Assembly: GCA_051294905.1 (NCBI GenBank)
Contig: CM119372.1
Location: forward strand, 10,542,001-10,606,000
Length of the DNA stretch: 64,000 nt
Source of the DNA: Botryllus schlosseri
Taxonomy: Eukaryota
Direction: 5' to 3'
Below the pieces are notes generated by a model. That model was not told where the DNA came from. It saw nothing but the letters and a program-made list of their open reading frames with translations, and ran no database searches. The translations under genes and the position numbers were made by a program. Shown one piece after another: positions 52,501 through 64,000 of the stretch (position 1 is its first letter; the number at the start of each line of letters is the position of its first letter).

Positions 52501-55500
52501 TCTGTACAGAGTCTGGAGTCAACGCTTTCTGTAAACAGTAAATTATTGCTTTACAGATAACAATGGAGTAATTTGCATAAAGGACTTTGAAGTTGATATA
52601 TAGCTGATACCTAGACGGATAGTTTTGTGTAGACTTCTCGTTGCTGATTGACTGATCCTCGTCTAGGATGATGTTTACATTGGTAGAACTTTCATTAGTG
52701 TGATGTTTGTTGGACTGTGATTCAACCGCAGATCCTACAACCATTCGTGAAAAGCTAAAGCAATTTTGCGGGATTCCTGGTCGACTGTTTGTTAAAAATG
52801 CCTTGGCCGGAAATAGAGTAATTGCAACCGTCATGAATTGCGACATCTGCGGTGGCTTCCGAAAATCTTGTTCATATCCGCCGGACAACTTTTAGAATAA
52901 GCGTAGTCGTTATTAAAAGGTTATTTTCAGACTGATATTTATTATCCGCTTAAGTGTTGACAGCTAAACTTACCCAGCATTCTTTGCGTTCATACTGGCT
53001 TTGCTTTTTTGTTTTTGATCAGTGCCAACGTTTCAACTCTAAAATAATCACGATCACGATGGCCGTTTTTTATTCATTTGTTTACTGAAACTTAATTCTG
53101 ATGCGGACACCAACCCTTCTCAACTCGCTGCAGGCCTTGAAGCAAGCGCAGCATTTCCTGAATCGCATCAACTCATCGTCGTCGGCGCCCAAGGGCAGGA
53201 AGCACCCCTCGTCTGCGTCTCTGGCGGCAGCGCGAACCGCCAATAGGGAGTTAGTCAAAGACGGATACCTCGTGGAAATATCGTCAGACGGCGGGAACCA
53301 GCGCAAGCTTCGGCACGTGTTTCTGTATAGCGATTTGCTGTTGTGCGCTAAACAGAAGCAGGCAGCTGGGTATGTATCGTCGGAAATGTATTTTGGCTTT
53401 GTGTAAATTTTGCTTGTGTAAATTTTTCCTAACGCTTCATCACATAACTGGGAAGGGGGGAAATTCTTGTCATCGACGAAAGTTACATTTCTCTACCAAG
53501 CTTACCTTTACTATCACCAGGGTTGCCAGCAATGTAATAAACAGATGACTGACATAGTCATCACTAGGGCGGTTTTTTTTTTACCTAAAAAAATGAACAT
53601 TTTGACCTAAAAAATCAAAATTTTGACTTTTTTACGTAAAAAAACTGAATTTAGACAAAATTTTGACCTAACGTATGCAAATTAGGTGTTTTCCCACATA
53701 ATGTTAAAATTGCACCTCTTATCTTCGTTTCTGGTTGGAACTGACTGTCCTAACGAAGTAGTTTGGCCTGAAAAATCGTTTTTGGTTAGAAACAGGCAAC
53801 TTTTTACATGAAAAAATACAATATTTCAACGAAATCTGGCCCTATGAAGAATTCCAGTGGTTACAATATGTATTATGGTAGAAATAATTAAAATATTTTG
53901 TAGTACAACGAGAGATACTTTCCTACATTCTTGTGTAGAAAGTGCACGTCCTTACTAAGAAGCTTACCAAGGACGTTCAACAGCAGCAGTTGTTGGCCGA
54001 CAACACCTAAGTTGTGCGTACACTGCTGGTGCTGGTGACACACCGTGTTGCTTCATTCTGACAATGTTGTCTACATCACAATTTTTCATCATGCCCTTCT
54101 ATAAGAATGATGCAATGCACAAGAAGTCTTTCTTCAGTTAGGATATTGCGGTACGTTGACCATAATACCATATCTACCTATTATTTGTTTTATTTGACCG
54201 TTTATGATTCACAATGAGCAGACAATTAGCCGTTTACAACGGTAGGCCTATAAAATAGTCTAAAAGCGGTAAAATATCAAATTATAAGTTCACCGACAGT
54301 GCAAAATCTACGATACAAACAAAATGCAGACGTCAAAAATTTTTTGACTTTATGAAAAATTTTGACAAATTTTGACCTAACGCTACAATTTTGACAAAAT
54401 TTTGACAAATTTTGACATGTCAAAAAAAAACCGCCCTAGTCATCACTAAAGTTTTTGTTGCAGTCAAATCCGTCGAAAGTTGCATTTATTTTTCACTAAA
54501 GTTGCAGTAAAAAGTTGCATTTATTTTTCACAACAGGTGCACTAAAAAGTTGCATTTGTGGACAAGTTCCTTGAAATTATTAGGGTATGAGATACTTGGA
54601 TCGATCCGTATGCAAGGAACTGTAGCAAAACTCAGTGTTGACGACTTCAACAAAATCAATAGCCTCAAAAAACTGACTCAGTGAAAATATTTACGTCAAA
54701 TCTCAAAATACGGTACCTCAAATTTAAATGACAGTGAAATAATATAGCGATCTATTAACGTATAGTGCCAAATATTTCTAGTAAAAAGTTAGTTGCATGA
54801 AAAATTGAAAAAAGTAGCATGAAAAATTGAAAAAAGTTGCAAAAAGTAGCATGAAAAATCGAAGAAAAGTAGCATGAGAAATCGAAAAGTTGCAAAAAGC
54901 TGCATGAAAAAAATGGAGAAAAGTTGCAAGAAGTTGCAATATAAGATTCTTCCAACAGCTTAAAACACCATACTACATAACTTCTGAGTATTTAGGAAGC
55001 TGCCGGAAGCTGTAAAAATAGTTGCAAAAGTTGCAAGAACTTGCCCTAGTCATCACTTTCACCCTGTCCTATTCATAGCCTCATTGCCACAAATATGCAC
55101 TCAATTCAGAAACAATTAGAAATCTGAGAAATGCGGACAATGTAGTCCTATTGCCCTTCAAAATAAGGACGAGTCTGAGAAGTAAGGACGGTACAGCAAC
55201 CAACCTTGCCTATCACACTCTACAGATTGTTTGTAGATTGTTGGTTATCAATATGTTGTGCTGTAGGAGTCAATCCTGAATCCTGATACTGATAAGGTAA
55301 TGGGTTGTCCTCACCAACCGTGAGATTGCTATCATGAAGCAGCATAGAGGAGTCCGGCTTCGTGATTGCAATCTCACGAAGCCGGACTCCTCTATGCTGT
55401 CATAGAAAGAATGCGATTGATGAAACTCTTCAACTAGTTGTGACTTATTGCTGTTTATGATTTGAGGTGTGTGTTTACATGCTACCTTGTGCTGTGTTTT

Positions 55501-58500
55501 AACCATGTTTTACCAAGTGAATAATATGTGACCTCTTTTGACAGGATGTTTCACAGCAAAGAAACGTACGAATGCAAATGGTACATACCGCTGGCGGACC
55601 TGTCTTTCAAACCGACAGATGATTCAGAAGGTATGTGGTTATCTGGATTACCGGTGTCTCAGGCAGTCATACCCAAGTCCAGTAATGACAAATATGATTT
55701 TAGAGTAAGTAAGCTGAAGCCTGGTATTCGTTGCTTATGACGGTGCTGCGATTATGAATGCCTTACCTAGCCACTAAATCAATACAATTCAGGTGACTTG
55801 TCATATTTTTTGATTTACATAAACTCGGTACATTTTTTTACAAAGCCTCTTGAAAAGTCTATTCATATTATCATATAGTACCGTAGCACGAAATATTACA
55901 TTGAGCTTAAGCTTAAGTACTAAGTACTACTAAGTACTAAGCCTAGAGCAATCTCTTCGCCCCGATTATTTGATATTTCATTCCGATGACGTCATATTTG
56001 GTGGATACGATTGTTGATATACAATGCTCTTTCCAATCCTGTACAGGTAGTAGTTGCTGACGATTACTCCTGACGAGTGTCAGCCGAAAATATTCGTGTT
56101 CATTTCAATAAAAATCTACTTTTCACTTGTATGTTGAAGTTCTGTACCAAGAAGTTCTTTAAAGCCCATTTTGCTAAATTTTGAAATTATCGGGTCAGGC
56201 CGGGTTAGATGGGGTTAAATTCAGTACAAAATAGTTTTTTGAGCGTCATATTACCTTTGTAGAATTTTATTAACAAAATTCCCAAAAAAGATCAGCGACT
56301 TGCATACGGATAAATCAAAGTCGAGACGAGAAATTACTCCAACACCTCACTTCGTGAGAGTTTAAATACGATGCCGTCTCAGCCCGCAATAGTCTTCGAA
56401 ACGTGTCAATTCTGCGCGTCATACAATCAAGGTAACCGTCGTACACAGCGATCAAAAACGAACTGGTTTACCAAGCACAAACCAACGCACACCATAGGTA
56501 ACACGCCAGGGTAATTAACTCAATGAAAAACAATCAAGCAATCAAGTCGGTTGGAACCTCTTCGGCTTGCGTATCACACGACCACTTGATGTTCGCTTTA
56601 CAACAACTGTAAGGCTATAATTTGACCAGCAAATCGTCGATACTTTGCTTGATCATATTACATGATATCTGTCAGACTCATTCAACATGAGGAGCATTTG
56701 AGGTAATTCACTCTCTCATCTATTCCGTGGTTATTATAATTGTTTCATGTTCCGACGCTGCAGCATTTCCTTTTTATCATCTTTAGCTGCGTTCGATGTA
56801 CCGGAGACTAGCGAAGATGACCTTCGCGAACTCAGCAACCGTGCGATCGAACTGAAAAAGGAAATTACACTAGAAAAGAAACGGTTGGCCGCGCGGAAAG
56901 GGCAAAACCCGCCATCGGGCCAGGACGCCCCGCCGAGGTCCAGCAGGCAACTGGAGCGAGCCAGGAAAAAGCTCAACGAAATCGAAGGGCAGATCGTGTT
57001 GTCCGCTCCGAATTTACCGCTTAGAATATTTCACATGCAGGGACGGGTATGTAGAGTTTTGTGTTGTGCAATCCGTAGGATTGATTGTCTTTTGAGCTTC
57101 GTTCGGTGCCAACTCACCACATATTATACAGTGTCTATTTATTGGTAATGATGCTATGTAGTGGAAATTTGACTCATTCTCGTTATGATGACGTATATAC
57201 TTTCACATGTGTAGAGTATACATATAGTTTTCCTGGTGTGACAGGTTTCTATATTTATATCAGTAATTTGTTGTGGTAGCATACACACCCCACACGTTGG
57301 TTTGCCTGACCGTCGATGTTGCTTAGCTTTTATCAATGCGCAACTAATCAAAACACAAATATCACTGAAGAACCCTTGTAAATACATCAAAATCTTCTAT
57401 AAATTACTGTGCTTTGTCCAAATATGTATAGAACAATTTGGTGGTCACGGGTAGATCGTTTTTGCCCTATTTTTTTATCGATGAGGTTTTTGTTTCTTGC
57501 ACTTTTGCACTCAAAAGTAACTACTTATTTCCTTCCTGCTTGTATGCTATCAACCTTTATCACGTTTCCGATTTGGCAGCAAAAGTCAACCCGAATGAAA
57601 AGAGTTAGCTCATGAAATCAAAAAGTTTCTATATAATATGTAGTCAGTGGGCCACCAAATGAAACGCACAGTATTTATTCAGATACTTTGTCGATGTAAA
57701 TCAGATTTTTATGTGTGTCGCTGTTTGTGTTGGCGTCATAATATTTTTGCTTTGTTTCTTTTGTGCCGCTCATCTCAGGAAAAAATCAAGGTACTACAAG
57801 TCACCTCGTAATGCACCTTTCACGCCGCGCTGTATACGTTATCTCTTTCATTCATTCAGTGTTACATGTTCCTGATGTCGTCCGACTACGAACGTGCTGA
57901 ATGGACGGAAGCTATCATGAAGCAACAAGAGTCCTGTTTCAAAAGCTTCTCGTTGGCTTCGATTGAAGTGCAATCACTGCTGGCTGCCTGCGTCAGACAA
58001 CGGAAAGTACGTATCTTCCATTCGTTCTTCGTAACCGTCGCAAGCAGCGTTGATAAACAGGGGTTAACACGTAGCCTGCATGTAAAAATATGCGATTTGT
58101 GTGGAATCTTTCATGTTATAGCAAACTAGAAATTTGGTATGAAGTACATGATACTTGATTTAGCCCTTTGCCGGGGCTAGGTGAGATGGAAAACGTGCAC
58201 TCCCATCAATTTTTGTTTCCAATCCTTGACGTCAATTACATTGAAATGTATCAGTGACCTCTCTCTGTCTGTTTAGTCTAATTTTTTCCGCAAAATAATG
58301 TTCATTATGGTCATATTATGTCCCTATCCGCGTCGGTACTAGTTTAAAAACGTGTGACTCACCAACTTTGTCCATCTTATTGCGGGAATAGAAAATTTGG
58401 ACATTTTTGATTGGCCACATGCTAAATCTGAGTCTCAACTACTCAAGTATATGTAGAAGTAACGCCGTAAATTTCTACTCTTTTACAAGTACATACCTAT

Positions 58501-61500
58501 GCTAGTACACTGCTTCAAATGGATATAGAATATGAAGACTTGGCATATACTCATGTAGGTAGTTTGAAAATGTAGATTTGGTCGAGACGTCACATATTTT
58601 TAATAGCGACTTTCCTACTGATGCAATAGGACTGATGCCACTACAAATTTATGCAATTTTCAAATTAATACATTCAGTTAACGTGATACAGGGACCGTTC
58701 CAACCAGTGATAATTTCACTATCAAACGTGTCCTCGTCAAACCCCAAAACTTATTTGTATTTTTCAAAATCAAAAGACTAAAGAGTGTGTTGTTCAACTA
58801 GAATTGGGACTAGTTTAAAAACATATCCACTTGAATATGTAGTGCAAGTAGGTGCAATTCTCTTGACTTCTCCGAAAAAGTAAAAGTAGTTGCCACTGAC
58901 CGCCCCTGCGATTGTCATACTTTCCGATTAGCTCGAGTCATGAGAAGGGAATTTACATTTGTAGCGATTTGCAAGTAGATTTGTATGAAAATTTGAGCAC
59001 TCTCCAGTCGAACTTATCACAACTGTGATTTTCCAGGGAAGCAACATGGGATCTATGCTAATAAACGATGACGAGGATCTGTTGTCGGGATATTTGACGG
59101 TCACTGTTCACTCTGGCGAAGGCTTCCTTCACGCTTGCAGTGAGTTACCGGAGTTACGGAGCCGGCGTTCCGCTCGTTATTGAACGCGGCTGCTCCCTTT
59201 CAGATCCGTACTGCACGCTGGAGGTGGACTCCTACGGGCATTTTCAGACAAAGGCCAAAACGAGGCTTTGCGAAAACACGCAAAAGCCGGAATGGGAGAT
59301 GGAATTCGAGTTGGAAGTCGACGGGGCTCAGACGCTGCGGATTCTGTGCTACGACCGAGCCAGGGGCGCTTCGTACAATGACGACGTGCTGATTGCTAAG
59401 GGAAAAGTCGGGGTGAGAATTGCTTCCGCTACTAATGCAACTATTGCACTTCGAACTGGAAATTTTTTTCGCATATTGGTTTTCAGGAAACAACTACCCA
59501 ACATTCAGAATTGCTGATCGTATAGTATAAGATCACTAAGGCAGTAACACGAGTAAGCTATTTCAATAAAACAATATTACTTCTATTTAAAGTTTTGTCA
59601 GTCATCTCGGCCACAGTTTGCCGATCACTGTTGTAATGCATTAGCGTTAGACTGGTATTGACGCGTAAGCACAAATGCCCAGACAAAAGTGGGTTTCTAT
59701 GTGTTAGTTGGGATATTTTCATATTATTGGCGACTGATGCAAAATAGTCTGAAGGAAAGAGACTGACGTTGGAGAATTACTACGGACTGTATGGGGCAGA
59801 CTTGGACAACTAGAAAATTTTCAGCTTTTTCAAATTAGATTAAAATTGGAATTAGAGCTACACAGTTTTTTCCAAATTAGATTAGAATTAGAATTGGAGC
59901 TACACAATTTTTCCAAATTAGATTAGAATTAGAATTAAAGCTACACAATTTTTCCAAATGAGATTAGAATTAGAATTAAAGCTACACAGCTTTTTCCAAA
60001 TTAAAATTAGATTAGAATTACAATTACTGAACTCGCAAAAAATGTAGAAATTGAATGAAATTGTGAATGAGAAATAAATACGGCAAATATCAAGTTCAGT
60101 TTATATCAAATCACAGTGCGTTGACATAACCTCGAGAACGGTTAACGTCTGTTCACCACGCTTGACTCGCTTTGCTCTCACCAGGGATCACCAAGACGCG
60201 GGCACATGCGACCGGTCATCTGATTTGTGATTTTAGAGGAACGCGAAGTAAATCATTCTGAAATGCTGAAATTGATTTCAGTTTCAAATTATTATTGTTG
60301 TAGGTAATATTTCAAAATATGCTATTCGCCTGTGCCCAACAACACTATTCCGCACTAGCTGAAACGGCTTTAGAGTTGTACTAACGCATGGCTATTATTC
60401 GTCACAGTTACTACATGATTGTAAGTAGCTACGGTGTAAGCATAGTGTTCTATATGGTGTCGACACAAGCAAATCTCACGCCTCAGTGAAATTGAATCAC
60501 GTCACAATTTCCATTTGGCTACAGACAATTTGACGGTCATTTTTGACCGGCTTGCCGAGCATTAAATTTGGTAAGACTGGTATCAATCGAAAGCTGACTC
60601 TGCAGTCTGCACTGATTACCAAAATATAAATATTATTCCGCTCGCGGCCCTGGAACTCCCATAATCAGCCTCGAATTTTTTATTGTTATGAAAATTGGCA
60701 TTGGGACGCAACAATGCTGTTTGGCGAAACGAGAGAGTAGCTCAAGAGCAAAAGAGTCAGACAGCATTGTTGCGTCCCAAACTGGATTTCCCTGCGCGAG
60801 AGGAATATTCTTGTTAACTCGCTGCAAAATGCCGCGGACAACAAGGTATTTTCCGGAAAACAATAAATTAGATTAGAATTAGTTAATTAGCACATGGGAC
60901 CATTTCACGAATTAGATTAGAATTAGAATTAGAGCATAGAAACGTTTCACAAATTAGACTAGAATTAGATTAGAATTAGAATTAGAGCATAGAAACATTT
61001 CACAAATTAGATTAGAATTAGAGCATCGAAGCGTTTCACAAATTAGACTAGAATTAGATTAGAATTAGAATTAGAGCATAGAAACATTTCACAAATTAGA
61101 TTAGAATTAGAATTAGAGCATCGAAGCGTTTCACAAATTAGATTAGAATTAGATTACTTGCATTTCGCTCTAATTTAGTGAAATTAGACAACTAGAATTA
61201 TCTAGTTGTCCAAGTCTGGTATGGAGGATATTATAGCTTCATTGCCCACGTACCCAAACCTACATACAGGTGATACAGCCAGAAAGTTATTTTGCACTAC
61301 TGCAGATTTTTTGTGTCTTTCTGTTGCATCCATATTTGATAATGGTACTGGTGCATTGCCGCAAAACGTTGCTGATACCGCATCTGAAGTCATTATATAT
61401 AGCTCCCCGAGTCCTTGGTTACTCATAATGCATATATTGAGGATTATTGACTTCAAGAATTAGTAAATTGTGTCTGATATTCCACCGGTCCTGTCAATTG

Positions 61501-61734
61501 TCAATTGGTAGTTATTTATGCCTGAGATTCTGTCTTCAATCACTGTTTTCATTTGCCACCTCAGCTTTTGCCGGGTTCGCTACGTAGCCATGACTGGATT
61601 GAGGAAACCGTGCTGATGAATGAAATCGAGATCAAGCTGTCGGTGAAGTTTGCTCCGAGAGAACAAAGCTTGCGGCGGTTGCCTTCACGAAAGTCGAACG
61701 GAGTCTTTGGCGTTAAAATCGGACAAGTTACCAA
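43326..61734 (+). CDS. BCR: Breakpoint cluster region protein / ABR homolog (coiled coil, DH RhoGEF, PH, C2; RhoGAP beyond window); 20 coding exons, ~1120 codons
   Basis: All 20 exons have AG/GT boundaries and compatible phases. Diagnostic motifs recalled from human [46 protein letters not shown]...[60 protein letters not shown]. Confidence 0.95.
44449..45093 (+). CDS. BCR: BCR exon 2
   Basis: [16 protein letters not shown]...EQMEP; CTGCAG| acceptor and |GTTAGT donor. Confidence 0.88.
45825..45995 (+). CDS. BCR: BCR exon 3
   Basis: PDYSLEDID...RLTWP...HEFQ; phase 0/0. Confidence 0.75.
47602..47748 (+). CDS. BCR: BCR exon 4
   Basis: NENLGMGES...DRRSM; TTTTTCAG| and |GTGAGT; phase 0/0. Confidence 0.75.
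48349..48476 (+). CDS. BCR: BCR exon 5
   Basis: [13 protein letters not shown]...EGGRE; TTTTCAG| and |GTAATT; phase 0/2. Confidence 0.75.
49074..49159 (+). CDS. BCR: BCR exon 6
   Basis: [14 protein letters not shown]...DFTDD; |GTAAGA; phase 2/1. Confidence 0.78.
49221..49287 (+). CDS. BCR: BCR exon 7
   Basis: [21 protein letters not shown]; phase 1/2. Confidence 0.75.
49359..49482 (+). CDS. BCR: BCR exon 8
   Basis: LDDTTSLDS...IDSGLG...SSVST; phase 2/0. Confidence 0.78.
49550..49693 (+). CDS. BCR: BCR exon 9 (start of DH domain)
   Basis: ...[25 protein letters not shown]. Confidence 0.92.
49752..49937 (+). CDS. BCR: BCR exon 10 (DH)
   Basis: [12 protein letters not shown]...IGDLFQNL. Confidence 0.93.
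51307..51414 (+). CDS. BCR: BCR exon 11 (DH)
   Basis: [36 protein letters not shown]. Confidence 0.9.
51473..51527 (+). CDS. BCR: BCR exon 12 (DH)
   Basis: [18 protein letters not shown]; phase 0/1. Confidence 0.82.
52202..52308 (+). CDS. BCR: BCR exon 13 (DH)
   Basis: [35 protein letters not shown]. Confidence 0.93.
53134..53369 (+). CDS. BCR: BCR exon 14 (DH end / PH start)
   Basis: [13 protein letters not shown]...[11 protein letters not shown]...[14 protein letters not shown]. Confidence 0.93.
53565..54438 (-). mobile_element. Non-autonomous hAT element (TAGGGCG TIRs), intronic
   Basis: TAGGGCGG...CCGCCCTA; TSD GTCATCAC; homologous to 10557-12521 without the nested MITE. Confidence 0.88.
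54447..55048 (+). mobile_element. hAT-like element (AAGTTGCA repeats) with damaged left terminus, intronic
   Basis: Right end AACTTGCCCTA; GTCATCAC on both sides; related to 13411-14362. Confidence 0.78.
55545..55630 (+). CDS. BCR: BCR exon 15 (PH)
   Basis: [28 protein letters not shown]. Confidence 0.92.
56787..57046 (+). CDS. BCR: BCR exon 16 (PH)
   Basis: ...LKKEITLEK...[12 protein letters not shown]...[14 protein letters not shown]. Confidence 0.92.
57860..58006 (+). CDS. BCR: BCR exon 17 (PH end)
   Basis: [19 protein letters not shown]...CVRQRK. Confidence 0.93.
59037..59139 (+). CDS. BCR: BCR exon 18 (C2 start)
   Basis: ...[24 protein letters not shown]. Confidence 0.9.
59204..59412 (+). 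CDS. BCR: BCR exon 19 (C2)
   Basis: [20 protein letters not shown]...[22 protein letters not shown]. Confidence 0.94.
59797..61218. mobile_element. hAT non-autonomous element with AATTAG subterminal repeat arrays, intronic
   Basis: TIR CAGACTTGGACAACTAG...CTAGTTGTCCAAGTCTG; TSD GTATGGGG/GTATGGAG. AATTAG arrays at 59833-60020 and 60866-61200. Confidence 0.88.
60441..60780 (+). mobile_element. Right-truncated copy of the CATAG MITE (cf. 22273-22620), nested
   Basis: Highly similar to 22273-22605 but lacks the right TIR. Confidence 0.8.
61565..61734 (+). CDS. BCR: BCR exon 20 (C2 end, lead-in to RhoGAP)
   Basis: ...[34 protein letters not shown]; |GTGAGT. Confidence 0.93.
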
Positions 61735-62432
61735 GTGAGTGGTTGGGCTGCTATTGTATAATCGAGCACTGTTTATATCAATATATCATGGCATGTTGTA
61801 CCTAATGGAATTTTTGGGTAAAGGTTGCTGTGGTGGCAGGAATATAAGTCACTCTAATCGTCAATTTGATATACACTTATGGACATAACATGTCAGATAT
61901 CACCGATTGACCCGTTTAATTATTGACTTCATATTAACCTGATTTAATCGGATTGGTGTAATTTACCAAATATCAAGTTGAAAAGAAAGTAACATTTTAT
62001 GTTTTGTAACTGTTCCTGTGTAAGAGGAATGAGCAATGAGCATCCACTGTCTTTCAAAGAATCTGCACTATATGAACTTTGTATTCCTAATATTGAATGG
62101 TGGGCTATCTGGCTAACATGGTACACCAAACATTTACGCCTTCTGAGTGATACTCCTTGATTGCTCACGGCTAAGATGTCTTTATGTCAGGGTCTGTTAA
62201 TCATTGTTTTATTGAACTTTGGTGTTATGGAGAAATGTTCTTTACTAATCGAGTCATTCAAGGCAAGATAGAACAACATTAATGGTCATCATCCATCACT
62301 TTGTTTCACTTCACCTGGGTATACACAATATTTGTTGACAACTTGGGAGGTTACTGACAAATTTCACTTTGGCCGCCTCCATTATTACCCGTTCAGTAAG
62401 AGATATTATATATTACCATGTGCATATTGACT

Positions 62433-62740
62433 GACAAGATAGCGTAATGGTGAAGCGTCCGGCTTCTTGATCGGTAGGTCGTGGGTTCGATCCCTGGCCG
62501 GGTCAGACCAAAGACCTGATTAGTAACACTGGTATTCATGACTTCCCTGCTTGGCGCTCATGCATTACTGGGATAGCATGGAGGGGTGGTGCAAGACTTA
62601 AAAAGCCGTAAAGTCTATATCTGCACCTTCCTTGTCCAGCGGCATATGCACATCATGCACTCATGGTATGCACACAGATCGTGTGTATGTGTATCATGAG
62701 TCGGTGTATATGCCGCAAAAACATCAAGGACAAAAATAAA
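62433..62740 (+). mobile_element. tRNA-derived SINE, intronic
   Basis: A/B boxes plus body homologous to 16345-16642. Confidence 0.85.
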
Positions 62741-63294
62741 GTACCGGTACGTCCTTTCCTATATTTGATGTACTCGCTAACAATTGCCTTGAAATTTGTA
62801 TGAATGGTTCACACCTTTGGCCTTTATTCCCTACTTGCTCTTTGTGGCTGCAGACGAACTATGGCCTTTTACAGTGATGTATTTCCTTTGTATTTCCTCT
62901 ATATTGCTTTGTAACAGGTGGTTGTGTTGTGCATTGCTTGAGGTAACGGTTTTGCTTTGGGTTTTACCTTGCCTGTTGTACGTGTGTTGACACTTGACAC
63001 GGTATATTTGTAGTTTTGTTTCTGAACAATATTTGGCTATTTTGATAATTGATAATAATTGTAATGAAAATGGTGTTCGACAAACTATTGCAATGGTATT
63101 TATTTCCGTAGCCATGTATCGGCTACCGACAACTAAACAAATTTGCAATTTTTTCAACCACTGGTTTGGTAGTAGGCTACCTAATTTTGACCATTATTAT
63201 TACTGTGTCATATTTGGGTTGGCTAAATTAATTCTGGCAGCAGACTCTTTGAAGTGAAAAATTGCGAGTTCTCCAATTTGATATGTGTGGTGGA

Positions 63295-63566
63295 CCGTGG
63301 ACATAAGAGCATGCGACTTTAGAGGATGCGCCGCTTTGGCATACGACAATTAGGCATGTGACACGTGAGCATGTGGGTTAAATTATGGGTTAGGGGTAGG
63401 TTAGGGTTGGATTCATGTTTGGGTTAGGGTTAGGATATATATAAGGGTTAATTTCAGTGCTATGTTTCCGGTTAGGGTAAGTTTTTGGATTGTAAGTCAC
63501 ATGCTGAAGTGTCCCATGCTGAACTCTCGTTTTCCATTGTGTCGCATGCTCATATGTCGGGCAACC
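63295..63566. repeat. MITE-like repeat with GAGCATGCGAC inverted motifs and TTAGGG-like internal units
   Basis: ACATAAGAGCATGCGAC (~63301) is inverted relative to GTCGCATGCTCATATGT (~63541). GGGTTAG-type units lie between them. Confidence 0.45.
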
Positions 63567-64000
63567 AAGGAAATAAAATGCATTTGTGGAAATTCACGCC
63601 CTCTTGTACCCCAATTCTCGGTTTAATCCACATGTAATATATATATAATTCGTTTGTTTGTATTGGTTTCTCGACATATGAGCGTGCGACACAATGACAC
63701 GGAAACGAGAGAGTCACACACAAATACGTGCTGAAGTATATGATACATTCAAGTAATATATTCCCACGCTCTCAAGATATATGTGCGATAGCAGTTGTTG
63801 ATGTCATAAGTGGGTTAGTCCCTTCAATTCATCTACCGTCTATGACTTTGTAGTCATCGTACATATTTCCCTTATGGATTGCCCTCAACACTAATGCAGT
63901 CATACTTCCTTCGAAGACGGTAACGTCCGGGTAATTACGTTTTCACAATTTACGCAGCTATATATCGCACCCGACGTTCCTTTACGCTTGGGATTAGGAT

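Noticed and set aside
60866..61200. CRISPR-like repeat array
   Set aside because: Repeats have no unique spacers, the context is a eukaryotic intron, and they lie inside hAT TIRs.
62433..62505. tRNA gene (also at 16570-16642 and 39563-39635)
   Set aside because: Has A/B boxes but an imperfect cloverleaf and continues into a shared ~230-bp body, so it is a SINE head.
63375..63482. Telomeric TTAGGG array or chromosome end
   Set aside because: Only a few degenerate units inside an inverted-repeat element, within a BCR intron.

Overview
Eukaryotic (animal) genomic DNA, AT-rich, with many short 55-75 nt GT-AG introns. An invertebrate chordate such as a tunicate is plausible, but that is inference. 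(1) 50-2265: a 5'-truncated multi-exon gene on + (7 phase-compatible exons, about 584 codons) whose product I cannot identify. (2) About 3.7-41.3 kb: a dense, nested field of transposable elements. It holds many hAT/Charlie non-autonomous elements with 8-bp target-site duplications (TSDs), CR1/L2-clade LINE fragments, tRNA-derived SINEs and a GC-rich hAT-like transposase relic. It also holds a family of YATAG-terminal elements with 7-bp TSDs (P/Galileo-like) ranging from a 36-bp palindrome to a 2.87-kb element with unusual coding cargo. (3) 43326-61734: the first 20 coding exons (about 1120 codons) of a BCR/ABR-family gene, with N-terminal coiled coil, DH, PH and C2 domains. The RhoGAP domain lies beyond the window. 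All splice, TSD and similarity calls were made by eye, without searches.
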